A stretch of DNA of 64,000 bases from Gammaproteobacteria bacterium. GTDB lineage: Bacteria; Pseudomonadota; Gammaproteobacteria; Magnimaribacterales; D2472. The stretch is taken from contig JBJLIB010000014.1 in the NCBI GenBank assembly GCA_045564015.1, forward strand, positions 20,466 through 84,465. The letters are read 5' to 3'. A program made the translations under genes and the position numbers. The notes under the pieces were generated by a model. That model was not told where the DNA came from. It searched no databases and saw nothing but the letters and a program-made list of their open reading frames with translations. This document shows, in pieces, positions 47,007-56,939 of this stretch; positions within the stretch are counted from its first letter, which is position 1; the number at the start of each line of letters is the position of its first letter.

Positions 47007-47035
47007 AGAGGGGATTGCAAAATCCCCTTTTTTTA
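47007..47035 (+). terminator. intrinsic terminator
   Basis: Stem AAGAGGGGAUU/AAUCCCCUUU with loop GCAA, followed by a U-run. Confidence 0.8.
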
Positions 47036-48037
47036 TTGTATGACACCATTTATGTCATACTTTGAAAAGAAGTCCCAGATTCTTTGGCTCGAATCAGGAT
47101 CATTGATCCTTGAGTATATAGAACCAGGCCAGATGTGCCCAGCTCCCTGAACATAAAGATGAATATTTTGCGTCCCATTTAAGCAGTTATCAAATATGTA
47201 GGTCTCTGTCCAAGAGCTTGTCCCGGGTAGGATTCCTGGAACGGCTAGCATGTAATCGTCACATGAATTATTTATCTTCCAGTACTCCATTACCTCCATA
47301 ACAGGCTTCATAACAGTATCTATTCCAGAATAAGGAACAACTGTATCAATCGATCCATGAATTTGCATGATTGGTGTTGGCTTTCTTGCATTGCAGCTGT
47401 TAAAAGTATCGTAGGACATTGACCCAGTAACTGAAGCAATGGCTGCAAAACTAGTATTTAAATTACAAGCTAGATGAAAGCTAAAAAAGCCACCATTTGA
47501 CATACCGGTCGAATAAATTCTTTCGGCATTAACAGAATATTTATCCATCAAGAGGTTGATTAAGTTATCTATAAACTCCAAATCATCATGAACACTAATT
47601 GACCAGCCCCCCATATTCCAATAACTTGTTCCTGCAATATCATCCAAACCTTCAGGATGAACCAAGATAAAACCATTGGCATCTGCTTGTGAGCGAAGAT
47701 CCCCATAATTCATTTGTTCATTGGCATTGCTACCATACCCATGAAAGTTAAATACAAGTGGTTGCTTTGCAGAGCTTTCATAGCTTGAAGGAACATATAA
47801 AATAAACTTTCTATCAATCTCTTTATAGCTCATCTCACCATTAATTGTTCCTTTAGCCTGAGCAATAAGATTGCTTGTAACTGAAGTTGGAGAGGGTGTG
47901 GGAGCTGGAGCTGGAGCTGGAGTAGGAGTTGTTGAGTTTTGTTGGGGAGCTTCAGCTGGTGACCCTCCGCCTCCACCTCCACATGAGCTTATTACAAAGA
48001 TAAATAAGCTTAAAAATAATATTTTATTTTGATGCAT
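47033..48037 (-). CDS. secreted esterase lipoprotein (PHB-depolymerase / feruloyl-esterase LpqC-like alpha/beta hydrolase)
   Basis: The lipobox ISSC is followed by a G6 and PAPAPAPTPSPT linker. HGYGSN and the nucleophile GMSNGG are present. I prefer ATG 48037 over the longer ORF that extends to 48073. Confidence 0.7.
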   Translation of the reverse strand: MHQNKILFLSLFIFVISSCGGGGGGSPAEAPQQNSTTPTPAPAPAPTPSPTSVTSNLIAQAKGTINGEMSYKEIDRKFILYVPSSYESSAKQPLVFNFHGYGSNANEQMNYGDLRSQADANGFILVHPEGLDDIAGTSYWNMGGWSISVHDDLEFIDNLINLLMDKYSVNAERIYSTGMSNGGFFSFHLACNLNTSFAAIASVTGSMSYDTFNSCNARKPTPIMQIHGSIDTVVPYSGIDTVMKPVMEVMEYWKINNSCDDYMLAVPGILPGTSSWTETYIFDNCLNGTQNIHLYVQGAGHIWPGSIYSRINDPDSSQRIWDFFSKYDINGVIQ

Positions 48038-48163
48038 TTTTATGAATTCTAATCTGTTATGAAGTAGTGTCAAAATTATTTATTTAATTACAATAATTTC
48101 CTCTAGCCCTTCATTTTTATTTGTTAGACTATATCTTTATTTTTATTATACAAGCGAGCAAAA

Positions 48164-50332
48164 GTGGCAGACCAATATATAAAAAAAGGATCCTTATCAG
48201 TTTCAACAGATCTTGAATCATTTCTTAGATCAGAAGTGTTACCAGGATTAGATTTATCTGAAGAGCATTTTTGGATAAGTTTAGAGAAAATCATTAATGA
48301 ATTTAGCCCCAAAAATAAAACATTGCTTGGTGTAAGAGAATCAATGCAGGAGCAAATAGATGCTTGGCATTTAGCTAATCCAGGACAAGAAAAAAACTTA
48401 GATATTTATAAAAATTTTTTAAAAGAAATTGGATATCTTTTAGAAGAAGGCGGAGATTTTAAAATTACAACTGAGAATGTAGATCCAGAAATTGCATCTA
48501 TTGCTGGACCTCAGTTGGTTGTTCCAGTCATGAATGCAAGATTTGCTTTAAATGCTGCTAATGCAAGATGGGGAAGTCTTTATGACGCCCTGTATGGCAC
48601 AGATATGATTTCAGAGGAAAATGGTGCTTCAAGAGCTGGCGCCTACAATCCTGTGCGTGGAGATAAAGTTATTGAGTTTGCAAAGAAATTTTTAGATAAG
48701 AATTTTGCGATTAATAATGCAAGCTATACAGATGTTAATTCCTTTAATGTTAAAAATGGCCTTTTAGAAATTAGCCTTTTAAACGGAGAGACTACAAATC
48801 TATTGGATAGTGATCAGTTTCAAGGTTATCAAGGCTCAGCAGAACAACCTTCTGGAGTTTTATTAAAAAACAATGGTCTCCATGCTGAGATTCAGATTGA
48901 TCCTGATCATTCTGTGGGAGCCACAGATCCTGCAGGCATAAAAGATGTATTGCTGGAGTCCGCAATCACCACTATTCAAGATTGTGAAGACTCAGTTGCA
49001 GCTGTTGATGGAGAGGATAAGGTCGCTGTATACAGAAATTGGCTTGGCCTAATGAAAGGTGATTTAAAGGAAACTTTTATTAAAGGGGGAGCTGAGATGA
49101 CTAGATCCCTTAACCCAGATAGAAATTATATTGCACCAGATGGATCTAATCTTCAGCTTTCAGGAAGAAGTCTGATGTTAGTTAGGAATGTTGGACATTT
49201 GATGACTAACCCTGCAATCCTTGATCAAAATGGTGACGAAGTTCCAGAGGGTATCTTGGATGCAATGTTCACTATCTGCATTGCTATGCATGATTTAAAC
49301 GGTAACAGTGAAGTTCAAAACTCTGAGGCTGGGAGTATCTACATAGTTAAGCCAAAAATGCATGGTCCAGACGAGGTCCAATTTACTTGTGATTTGTTTT
49401 CAGCAGTAGAAAAATCTTTAAATCTAAATCAGTTAACCGCAAAAATTGGAATAATGGATGAAGAAAGAAGAACCACTGTAAATCTCAAAGAATGCATTCG
49501 TGTAGCTAAGGATAGAGTGATTTTTATTAATACTGGATTTTTAGATAGAACCGGAGATGAGATTCATACAAGCATGGAGGCAGGTCCTATGATTCCTAAA
49601 GCTGAAATGAAACAGCAGCCTTGGATTCTTGCCTATGAGGACTGGAATGTTGACTCTGGTCTTGAGACTGGATTTAAAGGTAATGCGCAGATAGGCAAAG
49701 GCATGTGGCCTATGCCTGACGAGATGCTGAATATGTATGAAACTAAAACCATGCATCCAGAATCTGGAGCAAACTGTGCTTGGGTCCCTTCACCAACAGG
49801 CGCGACTCTGCACGCAATGCACTACCATCAAATATTGGTATCAGAGCGACAAGAAAAATTACTGGAACGCCCTAAAGCAAGTCTTGATGATATTTTAACA
49901 ATCCCCGTGATGTCGGATGCTAAATCTTTGTCCTTAGAAGATGTGCAAAAGGAGCTAGATAATAATGCTCAAGGTATTCTAGGTTATGTAGTTCGATGGG
50001 TAGATCAAGGTGTTGGATGCTCAAAGGTTCCTGATATTAATAACATAGGACTAATGGAGGATAGAGCTACCTGCAGAATATCCAGTCAACATATAGCCAA
50101 CTGGTTGCATCATTCCGTTTGCTCTGAGGATCAAGTCATGGAAACCATGAAACGCATGGCTATAATTGTAGATCAACAAAACTCTGGTGATCCAACCTAT
50201 CAACCCATGGCACCATCCTATGATGGCATTGCATTTCAGGCTGCTTGCAATTTAGCAATACAAGGAAGAGCACAGCCAAGCGGCTACACTGAGCCAATCT
50301 TGCATGCCATGCGATTAAAATATAAAGCATAA
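48164..50332 (+). CDS. glcB: malate synthase G
   Basis: 722 aa and it looks like MSG across its full length (e.g. [30 protein letters not shown]). GTG start. Confidence 0.9.
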   Translation: MADQYIKKGSLSVSTDLESFLRSEVLPGLDLSEEHFWISLEKIINEFSPKNKTLLGVRESMQEQIDAWHLANPGQEKNLDIYKNFLKEIGYLLEEGGDFKITTENVDPEIASIAGPQLVVPVMNARFALNAANARWGSLYDALYGTDMISEENGASRAGAYNPVRGDKVIEFAKKFLDKNFAINNASYTDVNSFNVKNGLLEISLLNGETTNLLDSDQFQGYQGSAEQPSGVLLKNNGLHAEIQIDPDHSVGATDPAGIKDVLLESAITTIQDCEDSVAAVDGEDKVAVYRNWLGLMKGDLKETFIKGGAEMTRSLNPDRNYIAPDGSNLQLSGRSLMLVRNVGHLMTNPAILDQNGDEVPEGILDAMFTICIAMHDLNGNSEVQNSEAGSIYIVKPKMHGPDEVQFTCDLFSAVEKSLNLNQLTAKIGIMDEERRTTVNLKECIRVAKDRVIFINTGFLDRTGDEIHTSMEAGPMIPKAEMKQQPWILAYEDWNVDSGLETGFKGNAQIGKGMWPMPDEMLNMYETKTMHPESGANCAWVPSPTGATLHAMHYHQILVSERQEKLLERPKASLDDILTIPVMSDAKSLSLEDVQKELDNNAQGILGYVVRWVDQGVGCSKVPDINNIGLMEDRATCRISSQHIANWLHHSVCSEDQVMETMKRMAIIVDQQNSGDPTYQPMAPSYDGIAFQAACNLAIQGRAQPSGYTEPILHAMRLKYKA

Positions 50333-50619
50333 TGAAAGCTTACTGGATTACTAGATGTCATGTTCATAACTCGGACGAATATGATGAATATATTAAGTTA
50401 GCCGGGCCAGCAATTAATAAACATGGGGGCATTTTTTTGGTTAGAGGTGGAGATCAAATTGAGTTAGAAGGTGGTCCATATGAAAGAACTGTTTTGGTTG
50501 AATTTAATTCTATGGATGAAGCCAAGCTTTGCTATGAGTCACATGAATATCAAGAGGCCCTAAAATACTCTTTAAACTCATCTAGTCGACATGTAGTTTT
50601 GGTTGAAGGAATAAATTAA
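50332..50619 (+). CDS. DUF1330-family protein
   Basis: 95 aa. The sequence [33 protein letters not shown] resembles DUF1330. TAATG overlap junctions occur on both sides. Confidence 0.6.
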   Translation: MKAYWITRCHVHNSDEYDEYIKLAGPAINKHGGIFLVRGGDQIELEGGPYERTVLVEFNSMDEAKLCYESHEYQEALKYSLNSSSRHVVLVEGIN

Positions 50620-51980
50620 TGTTAATAAAAAAAATATTTTTAAGTTTTCTTTTCCTCTTTAATATTTCAATTTCTGCTGAATCTCTTGATCCAATTGAGC
50701 TACTCTCAGAGTTTGTGAGCATTGATACCATTAACCCACCTGGGAATGAATCTAGAGCTGTAGATTTTTATGCAAAAATCTTTGAAAGAGAGGGTATTGA
50801 ATATTTTACTGGTGAAAGTGCACCTGGTAGAGGAAATATTTGGGCAAGAATCAAGGGTGGTGATCTTCCTGCATTAATTCTTCTGCAGCATACCGATGTT
50901 GTCCCAGCATCTAAAGATTATTGGGAGACTGATCCAATGGTTGCCGAGATTAGAGATGGGTACCTTTATGGCAGAGGTGTTATAGATATGAAGGGAGCTG
51001 GTATTTCTCATCTCATATCTTTTATTAGAATGCACAGAGAAAATAAAAAATTAAAAAGAGATTTAGTTTTTCTTGCAACCGCAGATGAGGAGGCTGGCGG
51101 TCTGTATGGCGCAGGCTGGATGATAGAAAACCATCCTGAGGTTTTTGAAGGGGCGGGGTACCTTATTAATGAAGGTGGCAGCGGTCTAAAGATAGATACT
51201 GAAACTGTCTTTTCGATCGAAGTAACTCAAAAAGTGCCAGTATGGCTAAGACTAATTGCTACTGATGAGCCTGGGCATGGATCTTCGCCAAGAGCCACAA
51301 GTTCAGTTTCTCGTATTGTTCATGCTTTGAATTTAGTCAGAGAAAACCCATTTCCAGCTAGAATTATCCCGGCAGTAGATACATATTTTAAGAGTCTTTC
51401 TTTAAATATGACTGGTGAAAATGCTCAGGCCTTTGCAGATATTAAAACTGCAATTAAGCAAGATGATTTTCTTGCTAAGCTACAAGAGTTCTCTCCTTCG
51501 TATCATGCCTTAACAAGAGATACATGCTCCTTAACAATGCTAAAAGGCTCACAAAAAATTAATGTTGTTCCACCTGTTGCTGAAGCAGAGGTTGATTGTA
51601 GAATGCTGCCTGATAGAAGCTCAGATGAGTTTATTCAGGATTTTAAGAATTTAGTTGAGCCAGCAGGCGTTCAGGTTGAGCTTGTGCTTGCTTTTGCTCC
51701 TGCAGTTTCCTCAACTGAGTCTGAGTTCTTCAAACATATTAAATCTATAACAGCTTCAATGCATCCAGGTTCAAGAGTTGCGCCAGCTGTAAGCACTGGA
51801 TTTACTGATAGTCATTTTACTCGTGAGCTTGGCATCGATAGCTATGGCTTTAATCCAATCATATTTGATCCAAATGATTTTTCTGGTGTGCATGGAAACA
51901 ATGAGAGAGTAAAGGTTTCTAGCTATTTGCAAGGCACAGAAGATCTTCATCAAATAGTCCGTCAATTCGTCCTTGATTAA
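50619..51980 (+). CDS. secreted M20-family metallopeptidase
   Basis: It has a signal peptide and the M20 motifs HTDVVP, DMKG and ADEE. Confidence 0.8.
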   Translation: MLIKKIFLSFLFLFNISISAESLDPIELLSEFVSIDTINPPGNESRAVDFYAKIFEREGIEYFTGESAPGRGNIWARIKGGDLPALILLQHTDVVPASKDYWETDPMVAEIRDGYLYGRGVIDMKGAGISHLISFIRMHRENKKLKRDLVFLATADEEAGGLYGAGWMIENHPEVFEGAGYLINEGGSGLKIDTETVFSIEVTQKVPVWLRLIATDEPGHGSSPRATSSVSRIVHALNLVRENPFPARIIPAVDTYFKSLSLNMTGENAQAFADIKTAIKQDDFLAKLQEFSPSYHALTRDTCSLTMLKGSQKINVVPPVAEAEVDCRMLPDRSSDEFIQDFKNLVEPAGVQVELVLAFAPAVSSTESEFFKHIKSITASMHPGSRVAPAVSTGFTDSHFTRELGIDSYGFNPIIFDPNDFSGVHGNNERVKVSSYLQGTEDLHQIVRQFVLD

Positions 51981-54006
51981 TTCTATTCTAAATATAATTC
52001 CAAGAACTCTTTTCAGTTTTTTAATATTTTTTGCATTTAATCTGCAGTCTGAAGATCAATCTGATGCAGATAGTTTTTTTGAAAGAGAGGCGCCAGTCTA
52101 CCCAACTCCAGATAATTTAATGGGATGGATAGATTCAAGACAGATCTTAACCTTGAATGGCGAATGGAGCTACATCGTTGATCCCATGAATAATGGTTTG
52201 CCTGAGTCATCTTTTTTTGGCGGGTTTCCAAAAAACAAAACTCAAAAAACAGGTATGGAGTTAATTGAATACAACTTTGAGACTGCAGCAAAAATTCAAA
52301 TTCCTGGAGCCTGGAATGCTGCAGATGAAAAACTTTTTTTCTATAGAGGGCCAGTCTGGCTCTATAAAAAATTTCAATATTCGCCCAATAAAGAATCTTT
52401 AACTCACCTTTATATAGAGGGCAGTAACTTCACGACAAAAGTATTCATCAATGGGTCTATTGTTGGAGAGTTTGAAGGCGGCTATGTCCCATTCAACTTT
52501 GAAATATCTGATCACTTAAAAGATGGTGACAATATATTATTGGTGCAAACCGACAACACTCTCAATAAGTCTTCTGTTCCCACTCAAAAAACTGATTGGT
52601 GGCCATGGGGAGGCATTGTTGGTGATGTATATATTGTCGAGACTCCGAAGCAATTTATTAGAAATGCCTATCTGCAACTAAATCCAGAAAATTTTTCTCA
52701 AGCTTATTTTAGCCTTGAAATGAATGATAAATTTGCAGGAAAAGAGATTAGCCTTGAAATACCGGAGCTTCAATATTCGAATAAATTCATAACTAACTCT
52801 TTAGGAGCAATCACAGAGAATATAAAAATCACCCCTCAGCTTTGGTCACCAGCAAACCCAAAACTCTATGAGGTCATCATATCCTCTAAAGATGAATCAA
52901 TTAATGATGAGATAGGTTTTCGCTCCATCAAAACACAAGGCCAGAAAATATATTTGAATAATAGCGAGATCAGATTTAAGGGAATTGCTATGCATTCAGA
53001 GCCTATTGGGATAGATGGACCGGCTTTTTCACAGGAGCATTTTAAAAAATTACTATCAACAGCTAAGGAGCTTAATATTAATTTTGTAAGAGCTGCACAT
53101 TATCCTTACACTCGCCATCTAGCCAAGATCGCGGACCAATTTGGGCTCATGCTTTGGGAGGAGGTTCCTGTTTACTGGAACATTGATTGGTCTAACGCTG
53201 AAACATTAACAATAGCTAAGAACCAAATCAGCAGACTGGTTCAAAGAGATCAAAATAGGGCATCTGTTGTAGTTTGGTCAGTGGCAAATGAAACACCTCT
53301 ATCTTCATCAAGAATGCAATTCTTAAATGCATTGCTTTCTGAAATAGAGGTGACAGACACATCGCGATTAACAACAGCGGCTCTTCTATCAGGGAGTGAA
53401 GAACAATTTAGGTCATTAGTTTTAGTTTTAGCCTTACAGGGAGCAAAATCTAAATGGGTTGATCCAAAAGAAAAAGCTATTTTTAAATCAATCCTAGATC
53501 GAGCAAATGTATCGATAGATCATGAATTAAATTTCTCCCTTTCGATTGAAGACCCCTTGGGTGATAGTGTAGATTTAATTTCTTATAATGAGTACTTTGG
53601 GTGGTACTACGTGACATTTTTTACAGACCAAATGATGATTTCTGAAGGTACTCTTAGACAGTTAATGTTTGAGGTTATGCCAAAGATAAAAATTAGCTCT
53701 ATATTTGATAAACCTATTCATATATCTGAATTTGGTGCAGGTGCAAAGTATGGCAATCATACGAATAAAATTTGGTCTGAAGGGTATCAAGCTAAGCTTT
53801 ACAAGCATCAATTAGAAATGCTCTCTAACAATCCACAAATCCAAGGAATCAGCCCTTGGGTTTTCAAAGATTTTAGAGCCATGCTGAGACCCCTGCCTGG
53901 AATACAAGATTTTTACAACAGAAAAGGTTTAATTGATGAGAACGGAAATAAAAAAGAAGCCTTTGAAGTTTTAGCTGATTTTTATGAAAATAAATGGCAT
54001 AAATAA
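51973..54006 (+). CDS. glycoside hydrolase family 2 protein (beta-glucuronidase/beta-galactosidase-like), secreted
   Basis: An N-terminal sugar-binding domain is followed by a TIM barrel with the acid/base motif WSVANE and a nucleophile region ISEFG. TTG start overlapping the upstream gene. Confidence 0.75.
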   Translation: MINSILNIIPRTLFSFLIFFAFNLQSEDQSDADSFFEREAPVYPTPDNLMGWIDSRQILTLNGEWSYIVDPMNNGLPESSFFGGFPKNKTQKTGMELIEYNFETAAKIQIPGAWNAADEKLFFYRGPVWLYKKFQYSPNKESLTHLYIEGSNFTTKVFINGSIVGEFEGGYVPFNFEISDHLKDGDNILLVQTDNTLNKSSVPTQKTDWWPWGGIVGDVYIVETPKQFIRNAYLQLNPENFSQAYFSLEMNDKFAGKEISLEIPELQYSNKFITNSLGAITENIKITPQLWSPANPKLYEVIISSKDESINDEIGFRSIKTQGQKIYLNNSEIRFKGIAMHSEPIGIDGPAFSQEHFKKLLSTAKELNINFVRAAHYPYTRHLAKIADQFGLMLWEEVPVYWNIDWSNAETLTIAKNQISRLVQRDQNRASVVVWSVANETPLSSSRMQFLNALLSEIEVTDTSRLTTAALLSGSEEQFRSLVLVLALQGAKSKWVDPKEKAIFKSILDRANVSIDHELNFSLSIEDPLGDSVDLISYNEYFGWYYVTFFTDQMMISEGTLRQLMFEVMPKIKISSIFDKPIHISEFGAGAKYGNHTNKIWSEGYQAKLYKHQLEMLSNNPQIQGISPWVFKDFRAMLRPLPGIQDFYNRKGLIDENGNKKEAFEVLADFYENKWHK

Positions 54007-54044
54007 ATTTCTTTAAATTAATTATATTTTTTTTAAAAAAAGTG

Positions 54045-54072
54045 TTGACACTATTTCCTAAAGGCGTATATT
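54045..54072 (+). promoter_or_regulatory. sigma70-type promoter of the candidate ncRNA
   Basis: TTGACA (54045-54050), a 16-nt spacer, then TATATT (54067-54072). Confidence 0.6.
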
Positions 54073-54078
54073 TAATAG

Positions 54079-54297
54079 ACCAACTCGGACCGACTTACAA
54101 TCAACTGCAGACGGGAGTAAGAGAGAAAGAGAAGGAAGAGACGAAGGGCGAAAGCGTTACTAAGAGTCGACGATAAAAAAGAGCTTAGTGACCCACCAAG
54201 AAGGAAAGAGAAAGCCTTCAAGGAGCTAAAGAGATTCTCACTTTAGACCCCTTCCAATCTCGAACTGAAAAGACAGAGCCTAGCTCTGTTTTTTTTT
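54079..54297 (+). ncRNA. candidate ~220-nt non-coding RNA (purine-rich, GGA-motif-bearing; family unknown)
   Basis: The promoter lies upstream, and the unit ends in an intrinsic terminator (ACAGAGC-CUA-GCUCUGU at 54273-54289, then U-run). There is no ATG and no ORF. Several hairpins are possible, and the base composition differs sharply from the flanking DNA. Confidence 0.55.
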
Positions 54298-54377
54298 GCC
54301 TTTAATTTATAGATTCTCTTACATTTCCTTTTAATTAAACGATAATACCTATTACATGATTTTAGGGGATTCCGTTA

Positions 54378-55943
54378 ATGCTATTTAGTAATTTAGATAT
54401 ATTTATTGTTATTTTTTATTGCATTGGGATTATATTTCTAGCTCAATATGTTTCTCGATCTCAATTGGGCCAAGAGAAAACTGCTGAAGATTATTTTCTA
54501 GCTGGAAGATCATTGCCTTGGTGGGCTATTGGAGCATCTCTTATTGCTGCAAACATTTCTGCTGAACAAATAATTGGAATGTCCGGACAAGGCTTTGTAG
54601 TTGGTATGGCAATTGCAACCTATGAATTGACTGCAGCCATTGCTTTAATAGTAATGGCAAAATATTTCTTACCTCTTTTTTTAGAAAAGCAAATCTATAC
54701 TATGCCTCAATTTCTTGAACAGAGGTTTGATAAAAGGGTAAGTCTTGTACTCTCATTTTTTTGGCTGGCTGTTTATGTATTTATAAATCTTACAAGCGTT
54801 TTGTGGCTTGGATCGTTGGCAATAAATTCACTCACTGGGCTAGATCTATTTACCGGCTTATTGCTGTTAGCTCTCCTATCTTTAGCATACTCACTTTGGG
54901 GTGGGCTAAAAGCAGTCGCCATGACAGACATTATTCAGGTTGTTTTATTAATCTTTGGGGGACTTTCTGTATCTTATATTGCTTTAAATCAAATATCGGA
55001 CGGTACAGGAATATTCAATGGTTTGAACAAAGTTTATCAATTACTTCCTGAAAAATTTGACATGATTTTATCTACTGATAATCCTGCATATAAAGATCTT
55101 CCAGGAGTCTGGGTTTTGATTGGCGGCCTATGGATTGCTCACTTTGCTTATTGGGGCTTCAATCAATATATTACTCAAAGAGCACTTGGAGCAAAATCAC
55201 TGCCTGAAGCACAGAAGGGAGTAATGTTTGCAGCATACCTTAAGCTTTTAATGCCATTTGTTGTAGTTCTTCCTGGAATATGCGCCGCAGTTATATATCC
55301 TGAGCTAGATAAATCTGATCAAGCATACCCAATGATGATGTCCTTATTGCCAAACGGTATTTTGGGTCTTACTTTTGCTGCTTTAATTGCTGCCATAGTT
55401 TCCTCATTAGCCTCTATGACAAATAGTATTAGTACGATTTTTACCATGGATATTTATAGAAATTTTACTTCTTTAAAACCATCAGAAACAAAACTAGTGT
55501 CAGTCGGCAGGAATGTTGCTGTGATAGCATTAGTGATTGCTGTTTTGTGCGCACAACCATTACTTGGAAGCATGGAGTCAGCATTTCAGTACATTCAAAA
55601 CTTTACTGGATTTTTTACTCCTGGCATTCTGGTAATATTTTTAGTTGCTCTATTTTGGAATAAAGCTACTACTTTGAGCGTTTTAGTGGCTGCAATAATG
55701 TCATTGATCTTATCTTTGCTTATTTTCTTAATCTTTCCAGAGTATCCATTTATTCATAGGATGGGGGTTGTATTTTTGACTTCTGGATTAGGATGTTTTT
55801 TAACTGCATGGATTCAAGGCTACACCAATCAAGAAAAAGCGATTGAACTATCAGGAATTAATTTTAAAACAGAGCTTTCATTTAATATAAATACCCTGAT
55901 TATCTTTGGAATCTTAATAGTTACTTACCTTTTGCTATGGTAA
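54378..55943 (+). CDS. sodium:solute symporter (SSS/SGLT family, sugar-type)
   Basis: 521-aa polytopic protein. The N-terminal region (DYFLAGRSLPWWAIGASLIAANISAEQIIGMSG) is typical of SGLT-type transporters. Confidence 0.85.
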   Translation: MLFSNLDIFIVIFYCIGIIFLAQYVSRSQLGQEKTAEDYFLAGRSLPWWAIGASLIAANISAEQIIGMSGQGFVVGMAIATYELTAAIALIVMAKYFLPLFLEKQIYTMPQFLEQRFDKRVSLVLSFFWLAVYVFINLTSVLWLGSLAINSLTGLDLFTGLLLLALLSLAYSLWGGLKAVAMTDIIQVVLLIFGGLSVSYIALNQISDGTGIFNGLNKVYQLLPEKFDMILSTDNPAYKDLPGVWVLIGGLWIAHFAYWGFNQYITQRALGAKSLPEAQKGVMFAAYLKLLMPFVVVLPGICAAVIYPELDKSDQAYPMMMSLLPNGILGLTFAALIAAIVSSLASMTNSISTIFTMDIYRNFTSLKPSETKLVSVGRNVAVIALVIAVLCAQPLLGSMESAFQYIQNFTGFFTPGILVIFLVALFWNKATTLSVLVAAIMSLILSLLIFLIFPEYPFIHRMGVVFLTSGLGCFLTAWIQGYTNQEKAIELSGINFKTELSFNINTLIIFGILIVTYLLLW

Positions 55944-56887
55944 TAAAATCCAAAGTTTCTACTTTAGAAAAGAAAGTTTTACTTGTGGATATTGGCGGGA
56001 CTAATATCCGAACAGCAACAGCTGAAATTGGCTCTTTTGAGTTACAAAACGCTCATAAGCGGAATCTAGATTGTCTTGATTCATTTGATGAGATAATTGA
56101 GAATCTGCTCAATGAAGATATGGACATCAAACATATAGTATTTTCTATTGCTGGCCCCAAGCTCCATCAATCCATTTCAATGACTAATAGAAAGTTTGAG
56201 ATAGACGAATCAGATATTCTTAATAAGTTCGAAATTGACTCATGCCATATCCTTAATGATTGGGAATCAATTGGTCATGGGCTATCACTTTTTGATAGGA
56301 ATGAAATGATTTTTATTAATGAGGGCAATTCATTTAATAATACTGCTTTAGTTTTAGGTCCAGGCACTGGCTTAGGAGTAGCTCAGGTGATAAATAATAA
56401 TATTGTTCTTCCTACCGAAATTGGTAATAGCTTACTAAGCATGCCTAAATTATTTAAAGAATTAAATCTCTCAAATCCAGAAGATTTTATTGTTATTGAA
56501 GATTTGCTCTCTGGTGGTGGTTTAAAGAAAATTTATAAATGTATCTCATCTGATGAACAATCTCCTGAAGAGATTGTTGCAAGTTATGCCAAAAATGAAT
56601 TATCTCAAAAAAGTGTACAATTTTTTTTGATATCTCTTTCACAAATATTATCTGAGCTTGCATTAGCGTATATGCCTGGAAGTGGAATCTACATTGCAGG
56701 GGGCTTGATGCGTTCTTTGCAACAATTCCTTGATATTGATAGATTCATGAAGGAGTTCTTAGTTAACAGAAAATCAATACATGCAGATGTGCTTAAACAA
56801 ATACCACTTGCAATTATTAATCAAGAAATGACTTGTTTGCATGGAAGTCTAAATTTTATTAATAAATTTAGCTTAAATCTTAAATAG
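55937..56887 (+). CDS. glk: glucokinase
   Basis: VDIGGTNIR ATP-binding N-terminus, 316 aa. It overlaps the symporter stop by 7 nt. Confidence 0.8.
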   Translation: MVIKSKVSTLEKKVLLVDIGGTNIRTATAEIGSFELQNAHKRNLDCLDSFDEIIENLLNEDMDIKHIVFSIAGPKLHQSISMTNRKFEIDESDILNKFEIDSCHILNDWESIGHGLSLFDRNEMIFINEGNSFNNTALVLGPGTGLGVAQVINNNIVLPTEIGNSLLSMPKLFKELNLSNPEDFIVIEDLLSGGGLKKIYKCISSDEQSPEEIVASYAKNELSQKSVQFFLISLSQILSELALAYMPGSGIYIAGGLMRSLQQFLDIDRFMKEFLVNRKSIHADVLKQIPLAIINQEMTCLHGSLNFINKFSLNLK

Positions 56888-56939
56888 AAAAAAACTAAGA
56901 TTGAATTTTTAGACATAGACTTTTAATAGGAAAAAAATT

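Noticed and set aside
47895-47985. Short tandem nucleotide repeats (GGAGCT x3-4, and CCGCCTCCACCTCC).
   Set aside because: They encode the PAPAPAPTPSPT and GGGGGG linker of the esterase lipoprotein. This is a low-complexity coding region, not a CRISPR array or a regulatory repeat.
54112-54255. Resemblance of 5' GGGAGUA and 3' UUUAGAC..CC to the conserved strands of the yybP-ykoY (Mn2+) riboswitch.
   Set aside because: The flanking segments do not form the required closing P1 helix. The element is longer than that family, and the downstream genes are for sugar uptake rather than metal export. I list it only as a model to include in a cmsearch.
54079-54297. The purine-rich region as a Glu/Lys-rich micro-protein gene.
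   Set aside because: The whole segment has no ATG and no ORF of meaningful length in any frame.
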